Assembly (NCBI GenBank): GCA_951406725.2
Contig: OX597817.1
Location: 149,544,001-149,608,000, forward strand
DNA from: Octopus vulgaris
Taxonomy: Eukaryota
Direction of reading: 5' to 3'
Length of the DNA stretch: 64,000 nucleotides
A program made the position numbers and the translations under genes. Position 1 is the first letter of the stretch. Each line of letters starts with the position of its first letter. The notes beneath the pieces are model-generated. The model was not told the origin of the DNA. It saw nothing but the letters and a program-made list of their open reading frames with translations, and did no database searches. Shown here piece after piece: positions 1 through 13,782 of the stretch.

Positions 1-385
1 TAGACGCTGGAGTGAAAACTAAGAAATGGGAATAATGTACAGAAACACGTGAGTGAAATAGGTAACAATAAGTAAATATACACTTCCAGTATAACAGAGG
101 CAATACGAATATTTTGTAGACAACCAACTGTAACATAAAGAGAAAATAGTGTCTCTTAAATACCCAGGAAATGCTCTGATTGAAGTCTTTTACTCGTGTA
201 TGAATATACATCTCATGTAATTAAAATATGATTATAAATAGCGACCGAGTGAAGTATACAAAGAACATCAAATACATACGAGTATATTTATACACAAAGA
301 CATATACGCATATAAACGACCACATATAATATATATGTACATATATATATATTTATATATAATATAAAATATATTTATAATATAA

Positions 386-447
<62 letters not shown>

Positions 448-504
448 TATGTTAATGCAAAGAGGAAAAGGGGAACTCGAAATATGAGTTTATTCTTTTA
501 TACT

Positions 505-700
505 TTTATTTATTTCAGCCATTTGACTTCGGCCATGCTGGAGCACCACCTTTTAGTTGAAATCGACCCCAGGACTTATTCTTTGTAAGCCTGGTGCGTT
601 TGCCGAACCGCTAAGTTACATTGGCGTAAACACACGAACATCGGTTGTCAAGCGATGGTGAAGGAGCCAGACACAGACACAAGGATACACACATAAATAT
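505..700 (-). mobile_element. SINE family B (tRNA-derived, internal microsatellite), 3' part
   Basis: Reverse complement of the family B tail (GGTGCTCCAGCATGGCC...AGTCAAATG.CTGAAA) and body seen full length at 18841-19323. Confidence 0.8.
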
Positions 701-960
701 AGTTACGCACTGGGGTCGATGTAATCGACTTAATCCGTTTGTCTGTCCTTGTTTGTTCTCTCTGTGTTTAGCCCCTTGTGGGTAGTAAAGAAATAGGTAT
801 TTCGTCTGTCTGCGTTATGAGTTCAAATTCCACCGAGGTCAACTTTGCCTTTCATCCTTTTTGGAGTCGATAAATGAAGTACCAGTTGCGTACATGGGTC
901 GAACTAATCGACTGACCCCTTCCCCAAAAATGTCGGTCCTTGTGCCTAGAGTAGAAAAAA
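701..960 (+). mobile_element. SINE family A, partial dimer
   Basis: CACTGGGGTCGATGTAATCGACTTAATCCG tail followed by a restart at GGTATTTCGTC and the CCGAGGTC.ACTTTGCCTTTCATCC core. Confidence 0.85.
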
Positions 961-1167
961 TGTGTGTGTGTGTGTGTGTGTGTATAGTTATATATAAATA
1001 CATATATATGTTATAAATATATGTGAGTGTTCCATAAGTGTCGAGAATAATTATCAAAACAGAAAATCTGTCTAACATCGAATGAGGTTTCAGTGATAGA
1101 AATGGATTTGCAATCAAGACGTATGTAGAATACACACAAGGTCAAGATTTACTAAACGGACTACATA

Positions 1168-1321
1168 TTATTGATATGTGTGTGTGTGTGTGCAAGCGCA
1201 TATGTATGTCAGCTTATATATGCATATGTATGTACATGCATACTTGTATAACTTTAAGTAACGTATATTTGTATGTGTGCCTCTGTGTGCGTGTATGTGT
1301 GTGTGTGTGTATATGTGTGTC

Positions 1322-1386
<65 letters not shown>

Positions 1387-1485
1387 AAAATATGCATGCA
1401 TGAGTATATAATTTACATTATGGTTTGGAAATATAAATGACACCTTTTACATATATTTATTAATATATTATAATTACACACACAT

Positions 1486-1535
<50 letters not shown>

Positions 1536-1585
1536 CATATATATATATATTATATAAATATATACATATATATATATATATATAC

Positions 1586-1656
<71 letters not shown>

Positions 1657-1669
1657 TACATATATATAC

Positions 1670-1735
<66 letters not shown>
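1168..1735. repeat. (TG)n and (TA)n microsatellites
   Basis: Direct reading. Confidence 0.95.
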
Positions 1736-1737
<2 letters not shown>

Positions 1738-2819
1738 CCATCCAGTTCGCTTAATCTCATTCCAAATAATGTGATTCTTTATTAACGCAAGCTGTATTAG
1801 TAAGTAAAAGAAAACGTAGACATAAGAGATTTCAAAATAAGTGACAGCTCTAAAAGTAGTCATGTGACAATATCTAGCCTCGTTCTGTTTGAATAAATTC
1901 GTCTAAAGAAAGTTGATGCCACGTCTAAGAATCTAGACTTATTTATTGATCAACCAGGCGTATTAAAAATCAGTTACATCGCCAAAATGATCGGTCTTTC
2001 ATTTCATGCTTGATTTCTTCTGCTTAACTCAGAAAATGTGTCTCATTCCATCGTGTTTCGACCACTTCAGTACACTTTGAAAGCATCTCTTGCTAAGAGC
2101 AACATTTCATACAAATATTTGCTTTTCATTTATTCTGCACGAAACTATAGACTCTAACTTCTGTCCTAGTCTCAAAACTTTTCAATGCCAACTTTAAACA
2201 ATTTTGCCTATATAGCGTATTATGAATGTGTGGAGGCTGGTTTTCCTTGTACACTATAATGAAGTGTCATATTGATGTGTTGATATATTTATCAAGTATT
2301 TCTATAATTTGAAGATACATCAGGTTCTGAGACTTCAGTCTCCATCTACAGTCAATGCATAAAGTACATGGAAATTATGCAGCAGTGTCAATACACATAT
2401 ATTTATGGATGTGTGTTTTTGAGTATACATATATGCATCTATATGTATGTAAGTATGCGAGTGTATGTATATGCGCGCGTGTGCACGTCTACATATCTAT
2501 AATGTATATGCATATACATGCATATATAAACTTAAGTGAATATATATCCATATACATAGCTATGCATATGCATGCATATACATATATATAGACGTGTATA
2601 TATACATATATATATATATACTATATATACATATATATATTAATATATATACACTATATATACATATATATAGATATATATATAAATATATGTATAAATA
2701 CATATACATATATACACATGTATAGATAGACACACACATTTTATATAAGGATATGTATGTGTGTGTGCATATATGTATATATATGTGTGTGTGAGTGTGT
2801 ACATATTTCTATTTATAAG

Positions 2820-2851
<32 letters not shown>

Positions 2852-2990
2852 AATGAGGTAATCAGATCGGATGGCTCATATTTATAGATATTTATTTATA
2901 TATTACATTTTTTACATATATATCATATCATTCAGATCATATCATTCGGATTAGCGCGTTCTCCCAATCGAGTGGGCTTTTCAAATCAAA

Positions 2991-3036
<46 letters not shown>

Positions 3037-3040
3037 GATA

Positions 3041-3243
3041 TGATATGTGACAATTATTCAGTTGCCATAAGAAAACTCCGAGTTTCAGATGTCGGGACGA
3101 AAACTTGCTCCGGCATCTCGTCAGTTATTAAGACAATCAGAAAATGCTATAATGACCGACGAGATGCCGGAGCAGATTTCCGCCCCGACATCCGAAACTC
3201 GGGGTTTTACAATGGCGACCGAATAACTGTCACATATTATATT
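3041..3243. mobile_element. Palindromic Penelope-pLTR-like element with a hammerhead-like motif in each arm
   Basis: Arms about 3041-3130 and 3152-3243 are reverse complements; minus arm reads CTGACGA-GATG...CATC-T-GAAACTCGGAGTT; follows a (TA)n run. Confidence 0.65.
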
Positions 3244-3317
3244 ACAGATAAATTCCTCTATTTGCATAATATCGAGGTGTCATTCATTCTTTTGTTGCCA
3301 TACCATTACTATGAACA

Positions 3318-3593
3318 CTTCGTCGGTTACGACGATGAGGGCACCAGCTGATACGATCAAAGGAACATCTTGCTCGTGAAATTAACGCGCAAGTTAACTC
3401 TGTTCTCAGGGAGATTCAGCGTGATTCAAGGCCGGCCCTTTGAAATACAGGTACTACTTATTTTTGCCAGCTGAGTGGACTGGAGCAACGTGAAATAGAT
3501 TGTCTTGCTCAAGGACACTACGCATCAGCGGGAATTGAACTCACGACCTTAAGATCGTGAACTGAATGCCGTAACCACTAAGCCACACGCCTT
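3318..3593 (-). mobile_element. SINE family C (tRNA head, GTGTCCTTGAGCAAGAC central motif)
   Basis: Reverse complement matches the copies at 23111 and 51147; A box TGGCTTAGTGG, B box GTTCAATTCC. Confidence 0.85.
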
Positions 3594-3696
3594 TCCATTT
3601 GTGTCTTTCATTGTTCGAAAGAATAGTTCATGTTCCATGTATTTGTGCTTCATACTTTTTTGTTGTACACGTTTCATGACGTCCTGTGCCCACATA

Positions 3697-3749
<53 letters not shown>

Positions 3750-4028
3750 ATATATATATATATATTATGTGTATATATATATATATATACGTATAGATGT
3801 ATGTACATATACGTATGTATATATGCGTATAAATATATATATATTATTTATATTATATATATATGTGTGTATGTATGTACGTATGTGTGTATGTACACGT
3901 GAATGTGTGTGTTTTATTAAACCATATAACTAAGTATTACTTTGTAATGCATTCTATTTATGTAATGAGTTCATGAGTTCATAACTTGGCATTTTCCAAT
4001 TTTATATTTTGGTTTATTTTTATTTCAG

Positions 4029-4174
4029 GTTTTCCGAAAATTCTTCGTGGGTTTACTATTGAAAGAAACCTCTGCTGTTTGATCCTGGACGACGGACGTA
4101 TATGTGGAAGAGACACTTAATGAATTAACCAAGTTTTTTTTATTGTTGTACAGTAAAGTATAACGATGATGACT
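4029..4174 (+). other. Candidate non-coding or 5' exon of an unidentified host gene
   Basis: Long T-rich tract ending TTTCAG| before 4029 and donor ACT|GTAAGT after 4174; no homology evidence. Confidence 0.25.
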
Positions 4175-4761
4175 GTAAGTACTGCTGTGCTCCATGTGTA
4201 ATACTAAGCGGTACCATGGTCATACATTTGTACGAATTTTTGTCAGGAGTTGTAGAGTCTGAGATCAATCTCGCCTCACTGCACCGTTATGGATTGATGT
4301 AGCCCGTTGCTATACAGAACATTTCAATGCTGCACGTTAGTATGGATTGTTATAACCAACTGCTGCATTAGGTAGAAACAGTCTGACCTTCACTGTATGG
4401 GCAGTTGTTGACTTCGATTAATTCCTGTTCGGCCCGGTATAGACTGTTGAAATCGATACAATTTTATCTACCCCGTTAAAATTGGCCGCTGTAACAGATC
4501 GATACTGTCTCAACGAAAATAACTAGGTGCGCAACAAAAACATAACTTCATATTCGGAAATCAGAAATAGCTGCATTTACAGGAAAATCAGCCAATCTCA
4601 CAAAAGTAGTTGCAAACACGTGGTAAAAATAGTAACGTAACACAATACAAGACAGTTATACGCACGACATCAGAATCAGTTAAATATCCGACAATAAACT
4701 TCCATACTCAACAAAAGCTGCAACCACACACTCACACGGGCACATAAGCACATAAGCACGC

Positions 4762-4793
<32 letters not shown>

Positions 4794-6339
4794 ACAAAGC
4801 CACCACCAACAACAACAACAAAAGTAGTTACATGCAGGATAAAAAAAAACGATCGCTTTATGCAAGATGGTAAAAATAGATTCATGGCAGTATCGATAGA
4901 AATGAAAGCGTTTAGGGATAATAATGAAAAGCAAAAACTACATGTACGGGTTTATGGTAAATAGAAGTAGTAACAGAAACCAGATTTGTTAAGGTCAGTC
5001 CGGTTTATTTGTTTAAAAGATTAATTATAATTGAAAGTATTGTACGTCAGTGATTTTAGGTCCCAGCATTGGGTATAGTTCTTGATTTTTTTATATACAG
5101 AAATATTTCAATAATTAAAACAGAACTGAGTTTGAATTCCGTTAGATGAAAAATAATTATTCTTTTAATTATTATCGGAGTAATTACACATGAAAGTCAT
5201 TAGTCCAGCAGTGGGTATAGCTCTTGATTACTTTATACAGAAATATTTCAGCAATAACTATTGAACTGAGTTTATATTCTTTTAGAATAGTTATTTTTCT
5301 TAGTCTTTAATCTATTGTCTATCGTTAATGTTTAACATGGTCTTCATCCTTATCGTACATCAGTTTCAAAAAAACATTGGAATAAAGGCTTAGTAAAGAC
5401 CTATAAATTCTTCCCAAAACTTGAGCCTTCCTTCAGTGTAAGTTGAACATCTCTTATGTAGACACCCATAAAATACTGCTTAATTATAGAAACAATTATT
5501 TGCACGATCGAATAATATATTTGGAATAGTCTTTAAATAATGATCGCTTCCTATATTACACGCAGCAACGTTTGGTGAGAGCAAAAATATAATTCCTTCA
5601 ACAAGAACAGTTCATACAGGCAAACGATACCGAAGAAATTTCTCCTTTATGATTCGATTGTTCGCAACAACAGACGGACCAAATGTGTGTGCATACCAAG
5701 AACACCAACGGCTGACAATAGAAAAGAACAACTGGATCTGCGCACGACAACGGTAAGCTATTTTGACGGGTTTCGTGACAGACGAGCATGAAATATGTAT
5801 TTGTTCGTTGTCGACGAAACCTGCCTGAAATAGCCAACCAAGACACGATTAAAAACAAACCAAGAGACCGAATCTAAGAGCAGCCTAAGATCACCAAACG
5901 ATGCCAACCAACGTTCAACTATTATCATCTTTTGGAATAAAAAGAAAAGAATTAAAAATTTAAATTTAGAAGTATTCAAATTTTAGTTTGATTTCTCACC
6001 ACGTACAAATGAAACGTTAAAAATCATTATTATTTTTTACGTGGTGAGCGCCATAATACAAACGGCAACCTGAGTCGTTTCACAGTTTCTCTCTTCGATT
6101 GAAGAATTATTTCATTTATGTTCTTATTACTATTGAAGAAAATCATGAACATCACAATTTCCCAATTTTCTTTTCCTTTGTATCTAAGCAAAATAAACCA
6201 AAACCTAACGCCAGTGTGTGTTAGTACAGCATGAGGTAAGCCCCTTGCAATTCGAGTCAGTCGCGCGTTTTTGATTCTTTGTTTTTTTTTAAAAAGCCAT
6301 TTCTTTTGTTTTACACAGTGTGTGGTTTTTTGCATGAGG

Positions 6340-7095
6340 GCCACAAGGGGAATATCAAGCATGTGACAAAATGTCTTGGTACTACGTTACTTCTGAGTTC
6401 AATTTCAACCATGATTCACATTACCTTTCATCCCTTCAGGGTCAATAAAATAAGTACCAGTTGAGCACTGGGGTCGATTTAATTCACTTATCTCCTCCCC
6501 TAAAACTGCTGGACTTGTGCCAAAATTTGAAACCATTATTATTATTGTGAAGAAAGCGGTGAACAGGTGTTAGCGTGTCGAAAAAATTCCTGTTGGCCTT
6601 TCTTCCAGTCCTTTATATTCTGGCCGCAAATTCTACCGAAGTCGACTTTGCCTTTCATCCTTCTGGGGTCCTTAAAACAGAGTACCAGTTTAGTTCTGGG
6701 GTAAAATGAATCGACTAACCTCTCCCACTAAAATTCATGATTTTGTTCTAAAACTTGAATCAATTATTATTCTGAAAAACTGTACATTGGCAGAATCATT
6801 AGTGCATCGAATAAAATTCTTCCCATTATCAGATTCTATAAAATACAGTTTCAATCAAGTACTGGGTGGTTGTAATCAAGTTATACCTTATCCACAAAGC
6901 CGTTGGCCTAAATTACGAACAATTTAGGGTGGTGGTTGGACAGAATGGTCAGAGTGGCGGGAAAATGCTCAGGCTTCGGTCAGCCTGAGGCTATAGTAGA
7001 AAACACTTACCCAAGATGCCACGTAATGGAACTGAACCCGGAACCATGTGGTTGGGATGCAAGCTTCTTACCACACATCCAGTCCTGCGCCTATT
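6340..7095. mobile_element. Cluster of degraded SINE A and SINE B copies
   Basis: CCTTTCATCC...GGTC.ATAAAATAAGTACCAG cores at about 6425 and 6650; minus-strand SINE B head at about 6975-7095. Confidence 0.7.
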
Positions 7096-7129
7096 ATATA
7101 AAAAAACACAGAAAGCTAAGTTTATATAC

Positions 7130-7446
7130 ATAACATGCGAAATCGCTCGGCCAGGAGGTCAAACTGTTGCGTTCACGATCGTCAGATTGTGGGTTCGATT
7201 TCCGAACGGAGCAGTGCGTTGTGTTCTTGAGCAAAACACTTCCTTTCATGTTGCCCCAGTCCACTCAGCTGTAAATGGGCTCCCCTGCGACAGAATAGCC
7301 TTCCGATCAGGAGGTGGGGTTGTTGCCCTGCTTTCCTAGAGAGAGGGGTGGCATTATCCGAAAGCTACAGCAATGCGAAGCGCATTGTGACCGGCAATGT
7401 ATAACAACATCTGATCGTCTGGTCGTCGATTACGTGATCACGTGAT
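7130..7446 (+). mobile_element. SINE family C-like variant with a different 3' tail
   Basis: B box GGTTCGATTTCC; GTTGTGTTCTTGAGCAAAACACTT central motif. Confidence 0.6.
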
Positions 7447-7893
7447 ATGTGTAATACATTTGAGTGCCAGACTGAATGCATTGTAGAATTTAAACATGTT
7501 TTTTGATGTGATTTTAAATCTAGCCAGCGTCCACTTCGCTTTTTCTACATCCAGGGAGAGGGCTAAAATAAAAACCAGTCTTCACTCAGTGGCCTGTCAG
7601 GATAAATTTGTTTAGCATTTATTTAAACAGTATCAAGGCGAGTTTTAGCCCCAAGAAGTCTCAATAGAACGGATATAAAAAAGGTGTTCCAACCGTGATA
7701 ATATTCTTATTTTTAGATATTTTTAGTATTGTGATATCTATGTTCATCGTTCTTTCTTAAATTGTAGGCTATGATATCAGGGGATTTGGTTAGCGTTTCT
7801 AGCGGGTTGAGTGACTGCGTATAGGCTCCGTCTTTGACTTGAAATTAGTATAAACGGTAGAACACCGCTCTAAAAGCTTTACAAAATCCGTCC

Positions 7894-7934
<41 letters not shown>

Positions 7935-7989
7935 CAAATATTTTGCCTAATAAAAAAAATGAATTACTGCATCAAGAATGACTGTCTAG

Positions 7990-8370
7990 ATAACTGAGAT
8001 TGTGGAACACTAAACTACGGGTTTGAGAGTAGCAGAATAGAGGAATATCAGTGTAGATTGTAAAGCAATCGAGAATTACGGAATAATGGTATTGAAAACT
8101 GAGATTATACAGTACTAAATTATAGATCGAGAATAGCAGAATTACGGTATAGATGTGAGATTATAGAATACTATTCTAAGGATCAGGAGTAACGGAATAG
8201 TGATGTAAAGATTGTAGAATACTAAACTATGTATGTAGAATAACAGAATGTGGAAAACGGAAAGTGCTGAGTATTAGACTCTGTGGAATAGCAGAATAGC
8301 AGTGTGGATAACTAAAATTACAAAGCAGTGCATTATGTCAGGGGAATAGCGGTAGAAATACTGAAATTGT
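7990..8370. repeat. Degenerate minisatellite of about 50-60 bp
   Basis: Recurring GAGATT.TAGAA.ACTAAA.TA...GAATAGCAGAAT units at about 7993, 8098, 8155, 8206. Confidence 0.6.
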
Positions 8371-9399
8371 ACTTTTTGATTTCTAAGTTTAAATCTGTTC
8401 GGAATCAGTTTGGCTTTCATTTTCTTATGATCGATAAATAAATATATTTCAACTATTTTCAGTCAAACATGCAGTAAAAAAATTGATCTTGAGTCTGTAT
8501 AAAAGAATTTATAGCTATCAAAAGTCAATCAACTTCCAGCGCGATCAATCTACATTCGTTTGGAACCGTTTCAGTTTTAGTTAAATCGTTATTAATGCGA
8601 TGAGCAAAGACTAGAATATCGCAATTTTTCCATTACCTTGCAAACTGTGAACTTCATGCTTTATTCCTATGAAGAAAACAATTATTTTCTTTGTGGGTGG
8701 GGTGTTATTGAAATAAGATGTCCTCGGCGATCTTAAAAGAAAATGAGAGACAAACGAAAGAGAAACGAGAGGGAGAAAGTGAGAGAGTGCAGCAACATAT
8801 TTATGATAGTGGGCGACGGATTCTGACACAGAGCAGCAACTGCGGCGCTTCCATAATCTGATGGATTAGTTTAAAGTAACAAAAAAAATAATAATAAATA
8901 TATAAAATAAAATAAACCTGGTCCGTCAATCAAATTGATTGGAATGTGTGAAAAATGGAGCGTGAGATTTATTAACAGAGGGAATTAGAGGATTCTTTTA
9001 TTATTTGAAGTAAAATTTTGATGAAAGTTGGACGTTTGTTATTTTTATCTGTTGTTCACTGAATAGAGAAGAAAAAGATTCAAGAGATTTTAGTGGTTGT
9101 TTCGACAGTCAGCAAATTGCAAATGTGTTGTAATTATTGTTGCTTGTTTTGGTAATATGTTTAAGTCAGAACAGAAATTGACGCTTAAGTGAACGAGAGA
9201 GATGAGCGGAGAGAAGGGTTTAGATTAGAATTTAAATTTAAAAGCAAAGACCTGATGTGGTGTTTAGAAGAGAGATACCCGGTGACACGGGAAGGAGAAA
9301 TTATTATTTCACACAGATTGTAGAAAATAATAAAACAACTAAGTGGTTAAACTGGATGATTTAAGTAAATGGAAGAGAGTAAATGAACCATTTTAACTT

Positions 9400-9920
9400 A
9401 CTATGCGATGTAGTCTTTGTTAGTCTTGAGATCCTTGGTTCTTCAAATCACAACGAAGGGTTCCTTTCAAACTGTCCATATGCTCTCATTTCAAGAAGGT
9501 CTTCTTTTTCCTTCTCCTCAGCTCTTTGGTTAAACTCTTCCTAGCCCATCATTTCATCTGCATTTACACCCATATCTTTCACAGCATATTGCAGCAGGTC
9601 TTCATCACTATTTATCAAATACTCGGCAAGCGTTCTCCTTTCCCTCCTTATATAATGGTCTCTACTAATTATTCCTCTGCCACCATTCTTTCTTTTCATA
9701 CACAGTCTGTTTACGTTTGCTTTAGGGTGTAGCGCCTCATGCAGTGTCATGAACTTTCTCTTCCTATCCAGTGTTGATATTTCCTCCTTAGTCCATTTGA
9801 GGATGGACGCACTATATCTTACCACTGCAACTGTCCAGATATTCATTGCAGTAATCAAATTTTTGGCATTCAGGTTTAATTTCAACACGATCTTCACCCC
9901 TTTTTGATACAACTCGCTAG
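9400..9920 (-). pseudogene. R4/Dong-like non-LTR retrotransposon RT C-terminal fragment
   Basis: LNAKNLITAMNIWTVAVVRYS...LDRK...LHPKANVNRLCMKRKNGGRG matches the R4-type HPKADVDRLYxxRxxGGRGL motif. Confidence 0.85.
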
Positions 9921-9921
9921 T

Positions 9922-10435
9922 CTTATTTTTATCACGTGCTTCAACTGCATTACCAACCGCAGCTCTGTGTGTCTTAGGTATATGCTGTGGTTTGTTGTAG
10001 TTTTCTAATTTTCACTGTATTGAAAGTGTTTTACGTAGGATGTGTGCGGTGCCTAGAAGTGCTATTTTCTGCATGCTATTTATACTTGTTAGTCCTGGTG
10101 TTTTTGTTATGTATTTGTCTGAATTTTTTTTATCATACCTAATGTGCCTACTATGATAGGAATTGTTTCTGTTTTTAGATTCCACATTCGAGTTACCTCT
10201 ATTTCCAGATCTTTGTATTTCGAAAGATTCCCCACTTCTTTTAGAGAAACATTGTCATCTGTTAGTATTGATACATCGATTAGAAAACCTTTTTTTTTCT
10301 TGGTGATCTCTGATAACTATATCCGGCGTACTGGCCTTAATTTCTCTTTCTGTGTGTATTGGCATATTCCAGAGTATGGTTGCTTTCTCATTTTCTGTGA
10401 CCTTTTCTGGCGTGTGCCTATACCGTCTTTTTCTG
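9922..10435 (-). mobile_element. 5'-truncated R4/Dong-like element: restriction-like endonuclease (PD..D..K) and 3'UTR
   Basis: HTPEKVTENEKATILWNMPIHTEREIKASTPDIVIRD...KYKDLEIEVTRMW...IPIIVG...MQKIALLGTAHILRK (frameshifted); stop at about 10012. Confidence 0.85.
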
Positions 10436-10705
10436 TTGTTATTCGATATTGCTGACACAGCTTCCAATGTATATAGGTACCAATTATTATTATTATTGAG
10501 TAAGAGAGCAGCGCGAGCCCTCAGAGTGACACTGGCTTATAAATATACAAAGTGCAATATCCATATCATGACTACCCGTCTGATAAGGGTACACCAGACA
10601 CATATATCACAACGATATGCGCACGACATGGTGTCCTCATATCAAGATAAACAGTGCATGACCTTGCAAGAGAAGCCCAGTTACAATTTTCTTCTAGTTG
10701 AGTAT

Positions 10706-10975
10706 CCAGTTACGCACTGGGGTCGATATAATCGACTTAATCCGTTTGTCTGACCTTGTTTGTCCCCTCTGTGTTTAGCGCCTTGTGGGTAGTAAAGAAA
10801 TAGGTATTTTATCCGTCTTTACGTTTTGAGTTCAAAGTCCGCTGAAGTCGACTTTGCTTTTTTCATTCTTTCGGGGTCGATAAATTAAATACTAGTGAAA
10901 CACTGGGGTCGATCTAATCGACTAGCCCTCTCCCCCAAAATGTCGGGCCTTCTGCCTTCAGTAGAAAGGATTATT
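10706..10975 (+). mobile_element. SINE family A, partial dimer
   Basis: Same organisation as 701-960. Confidence 0.85.
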
Positions 10976-11565
10976 ATTATTATCATTAATAAATCCCATA
11001 ATTATTTTTATTTTTCGAATCATGCTTACTATAAGCAAATACCCTGTTTCTGCGACAGAAAATTAGTGTAATTTCCAACGAAGTTTAATTACTATTAGCA
11101 GCTGTGTCTCCTGACGAAACTGTTTAACTGGGGGCCAGTTGAGAGAGAAAAAATAAATAAATAATCAACGCTGAAATTAAAAATATAATTAAAAGAAATC
11201 GGAATTAATTCCAGTTATTGAGTACTTTGATATTGACAAGTGTTAATTGGCTACTGCTTGCTTGCCAGTAATTATAATCATGTTATTCGAGATAGTAATT
11301 AGGAAACGACCAATATGCCAATATGAAGAACACGGGCTGATTCGCGAAATTCAAAATCTAGCCATTATTCGTTTCCAATGAAAAAGTTCTTTAAAAAAGA
11401 AAGCAAAGAGACAAAAAAAAATCAAGCATGACAAAAATCTACAATGTTTTGTGGTTGTTGTAGTTGTTGCTTTTATGGTTATATTAACTTTATTGTTCCG
11501 CACGAGAACATGTCTACAGCTGTGTACTGCATGTAATTTACATCATCTGAGCGTGTGTGACAGCC

Positions 11566-12306
<741 letters not shown>

Positions 12307-12594
12307 GTTTGACACAGTAAGTTTCCACTGTGTTCCGACAAGTGCTATGTGAACACAGCTTCTATTGCAATATTACAATATCATATAACTATTGTGTTCA
12401 ACTGTCTTTATACATGATCTGATATTAGTTTAGGTCGTCCATAACATTCATAGACATTTGTTTAGTGGGAAAGACTTATAAGCGACATAAATAATTAAGT
12501 AAAAGCGGAAAACTCCATACGCCGCCATTTTCGGTTTCGACATTTTTATTCATTGACTCGTTGTGCGTGTTAGAGAGAATATATATATAACATA

Positions 12595-12677
<83 letters not shown>

Positions 12678-13010
12678 CTTTTATCTTTTACTTCTTTACT
12701 TGTCACAGTCAGTACATGCTGGGGCATCGCTTTGAAATACTTATTTTTTGATTCCGTTATTTATACTGTTGCCCTCTTTTACCGAAGTTTCGGGAACATA
12801 AGGATATCAACACCAGTCGCCAAGCGGTGAAGGAGACAAACACCGACATAAAGGTACACACACACACACACACACATACATACATACACACACACATACA
12901 CACACACACATACATACATACATACATACATACATACATACATACATACATACATACATACATACATACATACATACATACATACTGAACCAGGAACCAT
13001 GCGGTTGGGA

Positions 13011-13053
<43 letters not shown>

Positions 13054-13518
13054 CCTTCTCTCATGCCATTTCTTACAAAGGTGATCTAAAAAATACAAAA
13101 GGGATACTACGATGGTCTGACACATTCGAATGGAAAGAAATCTGAATTTTCCTTATTTAGATTTAATCTCTAATTCTTATGTTACAGTATTTGATCTCAG
13201 CCTTGTAATTTGATATACGTTGTTCTTCGATCCGGGTACTTTAAGTTTGATAGTGGAAAGGGAGACAATTACACTGAAGTGAAGATCTGTCCTGAATATT
13301 AGCTACAAAATAGGTACTCTAAAGGCTGCCAAATGTCATTCGTTCTTGTTAATCAAAGCAATTGATTAAGTCTGCAACCAAAACGGGCATGGTCCCTCTG
13401 ACGAGCTTTCACATATTTCCAACTACGAAATTCCACTCGTTAGCAGACTCGTTTCCGAGCTTTGCAATTGAATCCGAAACCATTTACATGCAAAACAAAC
13501 GTGTTACCTACACGGCTA

Positions 13519-13782
13519 CAGTAATCCTTCGTCATATCGCGGTTCACCTATCGCGGTTCACCTATCGCGGTTCCTCTATCGCGGTTCACCTATCTCAGTT
13601 TATTATTTAAGCTTACATCGATTCCACTGTGGTGGTGTTTTGCATTTATAATAAAATAGATACATACAAATTATAAAAATAATTTTAAAAACATTCAATA
13701 CAGTACTGTCTCTACTTCGCGGATTTTCACCTATCGCGGTAGGTTTTGGAACGTAAGCCACGCGATAGTCGAGAGATTACTG
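13519..13782. mobile_element. Tigger/pogo-type MITE (Tc1/mariner superfamily)
   Basis: TIRs CAGTAATCCTTCG..TATCGCG and CGCGATAGTCGAGAGATTACTG; TA target duplication on both sides; about 4 internal copies of a short TATCGCGGTTCACC repeat. Confidence 0.8.

Noticed and set aside
13536-13596. Short TATCGCGGTTCACC repeats (and the 42963 and 59214 arrays) as CRISPR-like arrays
   Set aside because: No unique spacers, no cas genes, eukaryotic context; the first lies inside a MITE
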